Of a stretch of 38,415 nucleotides of DNA, positions 18,043 to 27,232 are shown in pieces. The DNA comes from a virus (taxonomy: Duplodnaviria > Caudoviricetes). The notes beneath the pieces are model-generated. The model searched no databases, was not told the DNA's origin, and worked only from the letters and a program-made list of their open reading frames with translations. The stretch spans positions 1 to 38,415 of the IMG/VR virus record IMGVR_UViG_3300027888_000008; one strand, written 5' to 3'. Both the position numbers and the translations under genes were made by a program. Positions within the stretch are counted from its first letter, which is position 1, and every line of letters begins with the position of its first letter.

Positions 18043-18228
18043 GAAATTTACAGTACTCATCAGAGCAAGCGCGTGAGCTCATCTTTGACTGCTTCAAGAA
18101 TGAAAAAACATAAAAAAATTTTCCTGATTGTTTCCCGTTTTCCCGACGGGAAAACGCGGGAAAAATTTCAATCTATATAGCTCTCGAATCAATATATATG
18201 CTGGAGTTAGATCGTGTGCGTAAAAATC

Positions 18229-18248
18229 TGTGGATAACCTGTGGATAA
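18229..18248 (-). promoter_or_regulatory. Two consensus DnaA boxes
   Basis: TGTGGATAA at 18229-18237 and 18240-18248. Confidence 0.8.
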
Positions 18249-18251
18249 CTC

Positions 18252-18280
18252 TTGACAAATAAAATTTACTGTATTAAATT
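18252..18280 (+). promoter_or_regulatory. sigma70-type promoter for the scaffold/capsid operon
   Basis: TTGACA-17 bp-TAAATT. Confidence 0.6.
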
Positions 18281-18293
18281 TACCCAAATGGAA

Positions 18294-18309
18294 TGTTTCA
18301 CGTGGAACA
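18294..18309. promoter_or_regulatory. parS: Chromosomal-type parS site
   Basis: TGTTTCACGTGGAACA matches the conserved bacterial ParB/Spo0J palindrome; dyad symmetry extends over 18291-18312. Confidence 0.8.
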
Positions 18310-18354
18310 TTCTAGTCGGAAGTAGCCGTACTACTGTTACCAATTGAGGTAAAA

Positions 18355-19272
18355 ATGGCAGAAGAAAACTTGGAATCTCAATCAGAAGCTAACGTAGAAG
18401 CTGAACAAAATACTACGGATGACGTTTCGGAGTCTAAAACTGAAGAAAATCCTAACGGCGAAAGTGCCGAAACAAAAGAATTAGCGAAACAAGAGGAAGA
18501 AAGCGAAGAGAAAAAGCGGCAAATAGCGGATGCAGCGTGGAAACGATTAAGAAAAGAATCAACAGCTGCGAAGCGAAAACAAAAAGAGTTAGAGGATCAA
18601 CTTGCTGAATATAAATCAAAGTTAGATTCTTTTACTAAAGAAAGTTCTTATCAACCGAATTTTTCTCAGCAAAATCAACAGCAGCCTCAAAATTTTGCAG
18701 TTTTGTATGACCCAGTCACTGGTAAACAGTTACCGCTGAACATGACTTTTGAAGAATTGGAGCGACTTGGTTCTAATTCTCAAAATCAATTTCAAGGGCA
18801 GCAAAAACCAGTTGAAACAAAAAAACAAGATACATCGACATCTAACATAGAATGGAGTCAAGATACTAAAGCGCAAGCTTTGGATTCTGTTAAAAGAAAT
18901 GGGATTGATGTTCAGACTACACTTGTCGAATTGTTTGACATGGGTTTGTTAGACACACATTTAACCGAAGCTGCTGCGCAAATAGCGAGTGAGTTTGGCG
19001 AAAATGGAATCGATTTTCTTTATGAAATTGGACGAACCAGAAGCGGGCAAGAAAAATTAGATGAGATTGCAAGAAAAGACAATCCAGCAAAGCGGATTGC
19101 TGCCATGACAAAACTTATGAGTGACATGGCTGCCCGAAAACAATCGAAATTACATAGCAACAGCACTAAACAGCCAACGCCTTTAAAAGAAAATGGTTCA
19201 TTTGCAAAAGGCGCGTTTACTGCTGCTGAAGCCTATGAAAAGAGACGTAGAGGGGAGCCTGTAGATTATTAA
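18355..19272 (+). CDS. Scaffolding protein
   Basis: Acidic N-terminus and coiled coil; immediately before the coat gene. Confidence 0.75.
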   Translation: MAEENLESQSEANVEAEQNTTDDVSESKTEENPNGESAETKELAKQEEESEEKKRQIADAAWKRLRKESTAAKRKQKELEDQLAEYKSKLDSFTKESSYQPNFSQQNQQQPQNFAVLYDPVTGKQLPLNMTFEELERLGSNSQNQFQGQQKPVETKKQDTSTSNIEWSQDTKAQALDSVKRNGIDVQTTLVELFDMGLLDTHLTEAAAQIASEFGENGIDFLYEIGRTRSGQEKLDEIARKDNPAKRIAAMTKLMSDMAARKQSKLHSNSTKQPTPLKENGSFAKGAFTAAEAYEKRRRGEPVDY

Positions 19273-19297
19273 CAAAATAATTTAGAGGTACCTACAG

Positions 19298-20635
19298 ATG
19301 GTTAGTACATATACCGTAGACCAAGTGGTTGCGGAGAGGGTTTTAGATAGACTTCAAGCAAGGTTTGTATTTGTTAAAGCATCAGATACTCGATATGAAG
19401 CAAATTTCAATAATGATGGCTCAGTCGATCAAGGCGAAGGCGTAAAATATCAACTTCCAAATAAAGTAAATACCGTTTCTGATGCAGGATATGCAGCTGC
19501 TAGCGGTGATATTACTGAACGAACGGCATTGATGACAATAAATATGTCAACGAATGCTAAATGGGCGCCCACCGTTCGAGAAAGACAATTCAATATTAAA
19601 CATCAGAAAGAAGTGCGAATTGATGACGCAATTCATGAAGCATTGGCGTCTGATATTGAGTTAGATTCTTCTTGGCAGTTATTCAAAAATACCTATTTGT
19701 TTACAGGAACTGCTGGTGTTACACCGACTACTTTTAAGGCTTTAAGCGACTTAGATGCCTTAATGGGAGATATGGGAATTATTAATCTTGGGGAACGGTT
19801 TTTAGCTTTGAGTTATTCAACAGCTTCCTCAATAGGATTTTCTGCATTTCCAATTAATGATGTTCCATTAAGCAGAAATTTTAGTAGAAATGTGGTAATT
19901 CCTAATGGAACGACAAATTTTGATCAAGTTCTAAAAAGTTCTGCTGTTGTAAGACATGTTGCAGGCGTTGGTTTAAATTCAGCAACTCCTACTGCTGGAT
20001 TAGTTGCTTGCGGTACAGTTAAAACAAACGTTGCAAATGGAGCGAATCAGTTAACATTAACTACGTTAGGCGCAACCGTATCGGATGTTTTGAGAACTGG
20101 CGATAAATTAGTTATTCCATCACTCAATTATTTAAACCCTGTATTTCGAAATTCTACAAAATATCCATTAAGTATAAGTGTTGTTGATGGAAGTAATCCA
20201 ACGCCATTGCCGTGGCCAACTGCTCCACAAGAAATTCGCTATAGTTATGCAAGCGATGGAAGCGGAGATTTAGTGGTTACATTTAGCGAAGCGCTTTATT
20301 ATGACCCGACAGACCCATATCGAAACATTAGCGGTCAAATTACTGCTGGTATGGCTGTATATTTAGTTACTGCTAATACTGGCGTTGGCTCAACGACAAA
20401 AATACCTTATGAGGCAAATGTTGGGTTTAATACGAGTGCGTTAATGATAGCAGCGCCTCCTCTTCCAAAAGCAGACCCTAATGATATTGTGACATTTTTG
20501 CCTCAGTTACAGTTAGGTATGACGGTTTTTCAAGACAAAGATATTACGACTTTAAAACCGACTCAGCTTTATCGCTGGAATCTGCAATGGGTGAATAAAG
20601 TAAATCCTGATAGGTCTGCTTTATTACTTGGTTAA
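19298..20635 (+). CDS. Major capsid protein (P22 coat-like)
   Basis: 445 aa; GEGVKYQLP, LASDIE, RHVAG, LRTGDKLVI and ALMIAAPPLP motifs; synteny. Confidence 0.85.
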   Translation: MVSTYTVDQVVAERVLDRLQARFVFVKASDTRYEANFNNDGSVDQGEGVKYQLPNKVNTVSDAGYAAASGDITERTALMTINMSTNAKWAPTVRERQFNIKHQKEVRIDDAIHEALASDIELDSSWQLFKNTYLFTGTAGVTPTTFKALSDLDALMGDMGIINLGERFLALSYSTASSIGFSAFPINDVPLSRNFSRNVVIPNGTTNFDQVLKSSAVVRHVAGVGLNSATPTAGLVACGTVKTNVANGANQLTLTTLGATVSDVLRTGDKLVIPSLNYLNPVFRNSTKYPLSISVVDGSNPTPLPWPTAPQEIRYSYASDGSGDLVVTFSEALYYDPTDPYRNISGQITAGMAVYLVTANTGVGSTTKIPYEANVGFNTSALMIAAPPLPKADPNDIVTFLPQLQLGMTVFQDKDITTLKPTQLYRWNLQWVNKVNPDRSALLLG

Positions 20636-20645
20636 TCTAATATGA

Positions 20646-20673
20646 AAGCGCGGTGAATTAATTTGCCGCGCTT
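20646..20673 (+). terminator. Stem-loop after the capsid gene
   Basis: AAGCGCGGT...GCCGCGCTT; weak U tract. Confidence 0.5.
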
Positions 20674-20688
20674 ATAGCGGGGGTTTAA

Positions 20689-21411
20689 ATGGCAAGAACA
20701 TCCGTTATCTCTGCAATTGAAAGGGCTTATACTCTTATTGGTGTAAAAGGGTCAAATGAAGATTTACCAGCTTACAGGAAAACAGAAGGTTTAAAAACTT
20801 TAAATTTTCGTTTACAAAATTATGCCAATGATTCGGCGAAAGTTCCTTATACAAAAGAGGTAACTTTTAACACAATAGCAAACCAAGATTCCTATACAAT
20901 TGGAATTGGAAAAGATGTTGACACGAAGAAACTTGTTTCGCTGGAATATGTGAAATTAAGTGAAAATTCATATCAATATTGCCTAGATGTATTGGATAAA
21001 GAATCATTTTACAATAATGATCGTAATTTAAATTCATATGGTCGTCCCTGCTTCTATTATTTCAATCAAGAATTAGACAATTCGAAAATAACATTTTTGC
21101 CAACGCCGGAAAGAATATATGAAATTCTATTGGTTGGTAAATTTGAAGTTTATCCGCTTATTATTTCAGATGATTTGGATATTATCGTTCCTGCTGGATG
21201 GGATGAATTTGTAATTTATGATTTAGCAAGAGCGCTTAGGGATATTTATCCATCAGCAGTTTGGGATGGTGGAAAAGAAAACAGATATCAAGAATTATCA
21301 AATGAAATTCAATCGGCAAGTGAATGTAATTTATATCCAATTGTAGATGGAAGATTATCCGATTCATTCGATGCGAGAGGTTATGATTATGTCAAAAAAC
21401 CTTTCGTTTAA
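20689..21411 (+). CDS. Head-tail adaptor (P22 gp4-like position)
   Basis: IERAYTLIGV...GLKTLN, GRP..YY and PTP motifs; synteny. Confidence 0.7.
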   Translation: MARTSVISAIERAYTLIGVKGSNEDLPAYRKTEGLKTLNFRLQNYANDSAKVPYTKEVTFNTIANQDSYTIGIGKDVDTKKLVSLEYVKLSENSYQYCLDVLDKESFYNNDRNLNSYGRPCFYYFNQELDNSKITFLPTPERIYEILLVGKFEVYPLIISDDLDIIVPAGWDEFVIYDLARALRDIYPSAVWDGGKENRYQELSNEIQSASECNLYPIVDGRLSDSFDARGYDYVKKPFV

Positions 21412-22861
21412 TATTTTTGGCGGTTATGGAAAAGGATTGTTTCCGCAATTCGATACCCAAGAAACTGTAAATTTGTATGTGGAAACAGAAAAGGCCCAGC
21501 AAAATAAGATTGCTTATTACCCAACAGATGGTTTGGTTCTTGCGCATAGATTTAGTAAAAGCGGTCGAGGGCGAGCACTTCACCAATTTGCTGATAAATT
21601 AGTGGCTGTTTGCGGAGCTGAAATTTATCTTATTGATGAAGTTCTATCTGAAAATGATTTGGGAACAATTAACACTGATTCTGGCTTAGTTGACATATCG
21701 AGTAGCGATAAAGAAATGCTTATTGTCGATGGCGCTAATGGATGGCTTTATAACAGAGAAACAGGTGTTTTTCGATTGCAGACTCAACCAGCATTTCCAA
21801 AATTGCCGCGATCGACCGTCTTTTTTTCAGATAGATTTGTAGCAGGTTATGGTGAAACAAACGAAATTAATTATTCGGAGATTAATAATGGGCTGCTTTG
21901 GTATGGCGATGCTGAATTTAAATTGCCATTTGGGGAAAAAGTAATAGGGCTTGCTACTATTTTAGGTCAAAGCAAACTTTATGTTTTTGGAAAATATATT
22001 ACTCAAATATGGTACGACGCTGGAGCTCCGCCACCACTTCCTTTTAGAAAAGAGTTGACCGACATTCCTTTTGGATGTGTTGCACCAAGAAGTCTTGCAA
22101 AAGATACAGGACTTGGATTTATTGGATGGCTTACACAGAGCAAACAAGGCGTTAATTCAGTCGCTATAACAGACGGCGGAAAGATTAATTTGGTCAGCAG
22201 TCCTGCTATAGAACGTGAATTTGAAAATTATTCAAAAGTGGATGATGCGACAGGGTTCATTTATAAAAATTCGCTCGGGCATATTTTTTATCAAATAAAT
22301 TTTCCAACAGAAAATAAAAGTTGGCAATTTAGAATTAATAGCGAACTGCCGTATAGGGATAGATGGGTTCGATTGACCTATAAAGCAAATGAACGGGATT
22401 TGGCAGAAAAACACACCTATTATAATGGCAAACATTATGTCATCGATTATTCTGATAATGCTCTATATGAACGTTCAATAAATTATTATAGCGCAGATGG
22501 AATTGAAATTAATAGAAATATTACAACACCTACATTTAGATTGCCGAATAACGATAATTTTATTTGTTCTTTTCTAAAGTTAAGAATTAATGTCGGCGAA
22601 TCTTTAGATGGTTTTAAGGAAACTGATGCTTTTCATGGAGATACGAAGCCGTTTATCTATCTTCGTGTATCGCATGATGGAGGATTGACGTATGGAAAAA
22701 CGATTTTGGCCGATATAGGAAAAATTGGCGATTATCTAAAAGAGGTGAAATTTTATAATTTAGGATATGGAAATCAAATTACATTCAAGATTGATTATTG
22801 GAATAAAACGAAATTTGGAATTTTTGATGCATTTATTGGAATAGTTTTAGGTGACGCATGA
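21389..22861 (+). CDS. Packaged-DNA stabilisation/tail hub protein (P22 gp10-like)
   Basis: GRGRAL, FGCVAPRSL, FYQINFPT and LRVSHDGGLTYG motifs. Confidence 0.85.
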   Translation: MSKNLSFNIFGGYGKGLFPQFDTQETVNLYVETEKAQQNKIAYYPTDGLVLAHRFSKSGRGRALHQFADKLVAVCGAEIYLIDEVLSENDLGTINTDSGLVDISSSDKEMLIVDGANGWLYNRETGVFRLQTQPAFPKLPRSTVFFSDRFVAGYGETNEINYSEINNGLLWYGDAEFKLPFGEKVIGLATILGQSKLYVFGKYITQIWYDAGAPPPLPFRKELTDIPFGCVAPRSLAKDTGLGFIGWLTQSKQGVNSVAITDGGKINLVSSPAIEREFENYSKVDDATGFIYKNSLGHIFYQINFPTENKSWQFRINSELPYRDRWVRLTYKANERDLAEKHTYYNGKHYVIDYSDNALYERSINYYSADGIEINRNITTPTFRLPNNDNFICSFLKLRINVGESLDGFKETDAFHGDTKPFIYLRVSHDGGLTYGKTILADIGKIGDYLKEVKFYNLGYGNQITFKIDYWNKTKFGIFDAFIGIVLGDA

Positions 22862-23283
22862 CAACGACGACTGAAAATATTCCGCCAGTGCCAAAATTAG
22901 ATGAAATCTCGGGAGATAATTCTAAGGTAACTGAAAAATGGCATTCTTGGTTTAATTCGCTTCGCGATCAATCGCTTGGTAAAAATAGAGTTTCAGATAT
23001 TCAGCAATTAAGTGTTTCAGACATTATATCGCCATTATCAGAAAATATACGTATAGAAAGTACGGGCGGCGCTATAACTTTAACATCGAACCCACAAATA
23101 TATGCATGGTTTGATGGGAAAATTATAGATATCGAAGGGATGTCTGATACAAATACAGTGGAATTAGTAAACGGAAACGGTTTGTCGTTAACAGCCAATT
23201 TCACGTTAAAAAATAATTCGATTATTAGACTTCATTATTCGAAGTCTAAAAATCTTTGGATTGAGCATTATAGAAGAGCATAG
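22858..23283 (+). CDS. Putative virion protein
   Basis: ATGA-coupled to the gp10-like gene; W..WF motif. Confidence 0.55.
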   Translation: MTTTTENIPPVPKLDEISGDNSKVTEKWHSWFNSLRDQSLGKNRVSDIQQLSVSDIISPLSENIRIESTGGAITLTSNPQIYAWFDGKIIDIEGMSDTNTVELVNGNGLSLTANFTLKNNSIIRLHYSKSKNLWIEHYRRA

Positions 23284-23291
23284 GTGATGTT

Positions 23292-24071
23292 ATGGGATTA
23301 TTTGATGGTATCGGAAGTGTAATTGGCGGCGCATTAGGCGGTTTATTTGGCGGAGGTGGGGATGCTTCTTCTGATATAGAAGAAGCAGAACAGCAGGCAA
23401 TTGCAGAACGCCGCGCAGAATTTGAAAAAGCACAGCAATTTTTAAGTCCGTTTATGGGCGCTGGACAATTTGCGATTCCCGGACTTGAGGCGTTAACTGG
23501 CGGCGATCCAGCAGCGGTAATTAATAGATTAACGCAGCAGTTCCAGACATCACCAGGGCAGCAATTTATTCAGCAGCAAGCAACACGCGCATTGCAGAAT
23601 CAAGCAGAACGCGCAGGCCTTCTTGATACAGGTGCGGAACGTGCAAGTTTGGCGCAAACTGTATCAGGTCTTGCATCTCAAAATTTGAATCAATTCATAA
23701 ACCAAGCGTTAGGAGTGCGTTCAAGTCAGCAGCAGGCATTAGAATCTCTTTTCGGGGGTGGTCTTGGGGCTGGTCAAGCGCTTGCTGGCGGTGCGTTACA
23801 AACAGGTGCTGGAATTGCTGGAGATTTAGGTAACATTGGCGCAGCACAAGCTGCAAGCGCTCTTGGAAGACAACGAGACATTAGCAGTTTATTTGGCGGA
23901 ATAGGTGGTTTAATAGGTGGTGCTCTTGGCGGTGGCGGTTTTGGCGGTGGCGGTTTTGGCAATTTATTTGGCTCTTCTGCTTTATCTGCACCAATAGAAC
24001 CAAGCGTCAGTTCTTTGGTTAATCAATTTCAGCAATTTGGCGGCGGCGGTTTATCAGGGGGATTCTTTTAA
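23292..24071 (+). CDS. DNA ejection/pilot protein (P22 gp7-like)
   Basis: Gly/Ala/Gln-rich; LSPFMGAG and FQTSPGQQF motifs. Confidence 0.75.
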   Translation: MGLFDGIGSVIGGALGGLFGGGGDASSDIEEAEQQAIAERRAEFEKAQQFLSPFMGAGQFAIPGLEALTGGDPAAVINRLTQQFQTSPGQQFIQQQATRALQNQAERAGLLDTGAERASLAQTVSGLASQNLNQFINQALGVRSSQQQALESLFGGGLGAGQALAGGALQTGAGIAGDLGNIGAAQAASALGRQRDISSLFGGIGGLIGGALGGGGFGGGGFGNLFGSSALSAPIEPSVSSLVNQFQQFGGGGLSGGFF

Positions 24072-25135
24072 TGGCAGTAGAAAACATAATATCACAAATC
24101 GGTCAATTTAGTCCCGTTCAAACAGCGATGAGTACCGCTGAAGCGCTTAGAAATGCGCAAGTGGCTAGAGCATTGCAACAAGCTCAAACTGGATTAGCTC
24201 AAACGCGTACACAATTACTTCCACAGCAGATTGAATCTCAAATTAGATTAGCCCAAATTAACGCCCAAGGTCTAGCGGAACAAAGAAAGGCAAATTTAGG
24301 ATTAAATGAATTAAGAACAGAAATAATGCTTCAAAAATTGCGCCAACAAGCAAACGCGCCAACACCCGGACAAGAAGCTCTTCAAAAAGCTGATGCAAAA
24401 GCATTGGGTTCAGCACTTCCAGATATGTCTGCTGGTTCTGATATTTCAGAACGCGTACTTGCAGATTTAAATGAAATGAAAAAAAATTATGCGAATCTTG
24501 GTTATGGTGAAAAAGGAGTTTTATTTGGACATACGCCAGCCGTAACAAATGCAGCCCAAGCATTTGACCGAGCATTAAAAGATTTAGTAATAAATCTTAC
24601 AGGACAAATGAAAAATATAAGGAGTACCGATTCATTAAGAAAATTAATTCTTCAATCAAAAGTGGGTCGAAATTTTGGCGAAGGAGCTTTTAATGAGGGA
24701 ATAAATTCACTTTCCGCATCAGCAAAAAGAGTAATAAATAAGAGCAAATATTTTAGTGATGTTGCAGGTAAAGGAATATCAGGTTTTGGTGCTGCCAGTC
24801 GTGGTTGGAATGAGTATATTTCTCATTATCCGCTTGTTGACCCGCAAACTGGTGAAATTTTACAAAATAATGTTGGAAAAGCCGAACAATTTTCAACACC
24901 AGAGGCAATTCAAAAATTAAATAATGGGCAATACGTTTTGTCATTAGGAGAAAATCCTCAAACTATTCCATCTATTCATGGCATTCAAAAGATTGCGCCA
25001 TCAATTTCAAAAACTCCATTATTGACTACTAAACAAAATCAAATAGAGCAAATGATTGAACAAACTGCTAAAAAACATGGTCTTGATGTAGATGAATACA
25101 AAAATGAATTACGAAGAAGGGGTTTAATAAAATAA
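24071..25135 (+). CDS. Putative DNA ejection protein (gp20-like position)
   Basis: Q-rich helical N-terminus; synteny. Confidence 0.55.
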   Translation: MAVENIISQIGQFSPVQTAMSTAEALRNAQVARALQQAQTGLAQTRTQLLPQQIESQIRLAQINAQGLAEQRKANLGLNELRTEIMLQKLRQQANAPTPGQEALQKADAKALGSALPDMSAGSDISERVLADLNEMKKNYANLGYGEKGVLFGHTPAVTNAAQAFDRALKDLVINLTGQMKNIRSTDSLRKLILQSKVGRNFGEGAFNEGINSLSASAKRVINKSKYFSDVAGKGISGFGAASRGWNEYISHYPLVDPQTGEILQNNVGKAEQFSTPEAIQKLNNGQYVLSLGENPQTIPSIHGIQKIAPSISKTPLLTTKQNQIEQMIEQTAKKHGLDVDEYKNELRRRGLIK

Positions 25136-27231
25136 TGAATGAATCTATTACACAACAATCATTAAATGATGTGGCATCTCAAATGCAGCAACAACCTGCT
25201 GTATCAACCCCTCCTGTGTTGAGTGAGCAAACTTTAGAAGATGTCGCTAAATCTATGAAAGCGCAACAAGCTCCATTCTACAAACAATTTGGCGCTGGTC
25301 TTTTACGAACACCAGAAGTTATCGGACGCGCATTTGAACGTGCAGGAGCTCAAGCCAATATTCCGTTTTTATCTCTTCCATTCAAGATTGCAGAAGGACT
25401 TGCAAAAATGGGTGTTAAGCCAGCAGACCCAATACAAAAAATTACAGAGCCTTTTGTCGGTACGTTCGGAGAAGGATTAGGCGAATTTTTAGGAAGTCTT
25501 GCAATACCAGAACTTGGAATCGGGCGCCTTGCTGGAGGCGCGGCATTGGGGTTAACAGGTGCGTTAGGACAGCAGCAAGCTCCGACTCAAGCGCAAGCAT
25601 TGGGTGGAATGACTTTAGGCACAGGATTGGGAGCCGCGAGCAAGGTTGTAGAACCATTTGCTGGAAAACTTGCTGCCGCTGCTGGAAAGAGCAAATTTGC
25701 TAGAGGTGTTGGAAATGTTTTTAATGAATATATGCAAAGGCTTCGTTCAGATTTGTCCCCAATAGAAGCAAATCAAGAACTTCAAAAAATAGCAAGCCAA
25801 CGAGACCAAGCCAATAGTTTCATGAATAATTTATCAGGTGGTTTGCCAGAATCTGCTCAACCAGAACGTCTTAGAAGCGCCGTAACAGATTTAGATAAAA
25901 ATATAAGCGCTAAGGCAGCAGAAAAATACAATGATGCTTACGATTCGGCAAGAGAAGGCGGTAATTTTGGAATGGTATTCCCCACAGCATCTAAAAACGC
26001 GAAAGAATTGCTTGAAAAAGAAACTGAATTATTAAACAGAGGAGTTCCTCAAGTAGATGTAGACAAAATTAATAATATTTTGGCTGGTTTAGTTAGGGGA
26101 GGTGAATTAAGAAACGCGCAAGGAGAAATTATTCGGGCAAAAAGGCAGACATTTGAAAGTGGAACAGAAACCATGAAGCGTTTGCGAGAGCTTGCTCAAA
26201 AATATAATTTTGAGAAAAATAGAACGGTTTCGAGCATGCTTGGTTCGCTTGCAAATAATGTAGAAGATGATTTGGGAAATGCGCTTGAAAATACAGATGC
26301 CATTTCCAAATGGAAAGAAGCAAACAATTATTGGAAAACCAATGCGTTGCCGCTTCGCACAGAAGGCATACAAAATGCTGTTAAAGGAGCTGCTGAAATC
26401 GGAAATCTTCATAAAGAATTGCTTAATTTTGATAATACCGCACTTCCTTCAGTTTTAAACCAATTAAACGAAAATGGTAAAAAAGCATTAGCTTTTCAGG
26501 CATTCAAAGATAGCGTTGAGTTTAATCCTACAACAGAAAGACGTGAAGCTAATCCATCAAAGTTATTAAATATTTTTGATAAACAATATTCTGGTCAAAA
26601 TAAACCATTTATTGAATCCGCAGTTGGCGATGAAGGTTTGAACGATTTATCAAACATGCAAAAAAATCAATTAATCGGAGTAAATGATAAAATTGAAAAT
26701 TTATCAAAAGGATTGTCAAAAAGCGGGAATGCTCAAAAAATAGAAAGATTATCTGCGCCAGAAAAGAATTTAATTTTATTTAATCATTTGAAGGGTGCAT
26801 TAGACGGCAATAATGAATTAGATACAAAACAATTCACGCGACTTGTGGATAAAATTGATCCTAGTGTTAGAAACGCATTATTTAGTCACGATAAAAATTC
26901 AGAAAATATATTCAATTCAATCGACCAATTTTCGAGAATGGAAAATACTCGTTTAAAGACTGGTCGATTGAATGCGCCGACAGGAAGAGAATTTTTAAGA
27001 AAATTGGCAGATATAGCTCAAACAATTGGCGTTCCAACAACATTTTTCCACCCAGCATTAGGAGCAAGTTTGGGGTTATCCTCTCTTATTGCTCGAGCAT
27101 TGCAAGGCCGTGTCCCTGCTGAAAGGTTAACCCCGATTGTTGCAAATATTTTACGAAGATTAAATGTCGCTGCTGGTTCGCTTCGAGGTGTTCCTATAAT
27201 TGCAGGACGACCATCACGAGAAAGAGGTTAA
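25135..27231 (+). CDS. Putative DNA ejection protein (gp16-like position)
   Basis: 698 aa; Gly/Ala hydrophobic segments and a helical body; synteny. Confidence 0.55.
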   Translation: MNESITQQSLNDVASQMQQQPAVSTPPVLSEQTLEDVAKSMKAQQAPFYKQFGAGLLRTPEVIGRAFERAGAQANIPFLSLPFKIAEGLAKMGVKPADPIQKITEPFVGTFGEGLGEFLGSLAIPELGIGRLAGGAALGLTGALGQQQAPTQAQALGGMTLGTGLGAASKVVEPFAGKLAAAAGKSKFARGVGNVFNEYMQRLRSDLSPIEANQELQKIASQRDQANSFMNNLSGGLPESAQPERLRSAVTDLDKNISAKAAEKYNDAYDSAREGGNFGMVFPTASKNAKELLEKETELLNRGVPQVDVDKINNILAGLVRGGELRNAQGEIIRAKRQTFESGTETMKRLRELAQKYNFEKNRTVSSMLGSLANNVEDDLGNALENTDAISKWKEANNYWKTNALPLRTEGIQNAVKGAAEIGNLHKELLNFDNTALPSVLNQLNENGKKALAFQAFKDSVEFNPTTERREANPSKLLNIFDKQYSGQNKPFIESAVGDEGLNDLSNMQKNQLIGVNDKIENLSKGLSKSGNAQKIERLSAPEKNLILFNHLKGALDGNNELDTKQFTRLVDKIDPSVRNALFSHDKNSENIFNSIDQFSRMENTRLKTGRLNAPTGREFLRKLADIAQTIGVPTTFFHPALGASLGLSSLIARALQGRVPAERLTPIVANILRRLNVAAGSLRGVPIIAGRPSRERG

Positions 27232-27232
27232 A

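Noticed and set aside
18269-18284. Possible LexA box over the capsid promoter (CTGTATTAAATTTACC)
   Set aside because: Only the left half matches CTGT-N8-ACAG
23925-23960. GGCGGT-rich short tandem repeat
   Set aside because: Explained by the Gly-rich coding sequence of the ejection protein
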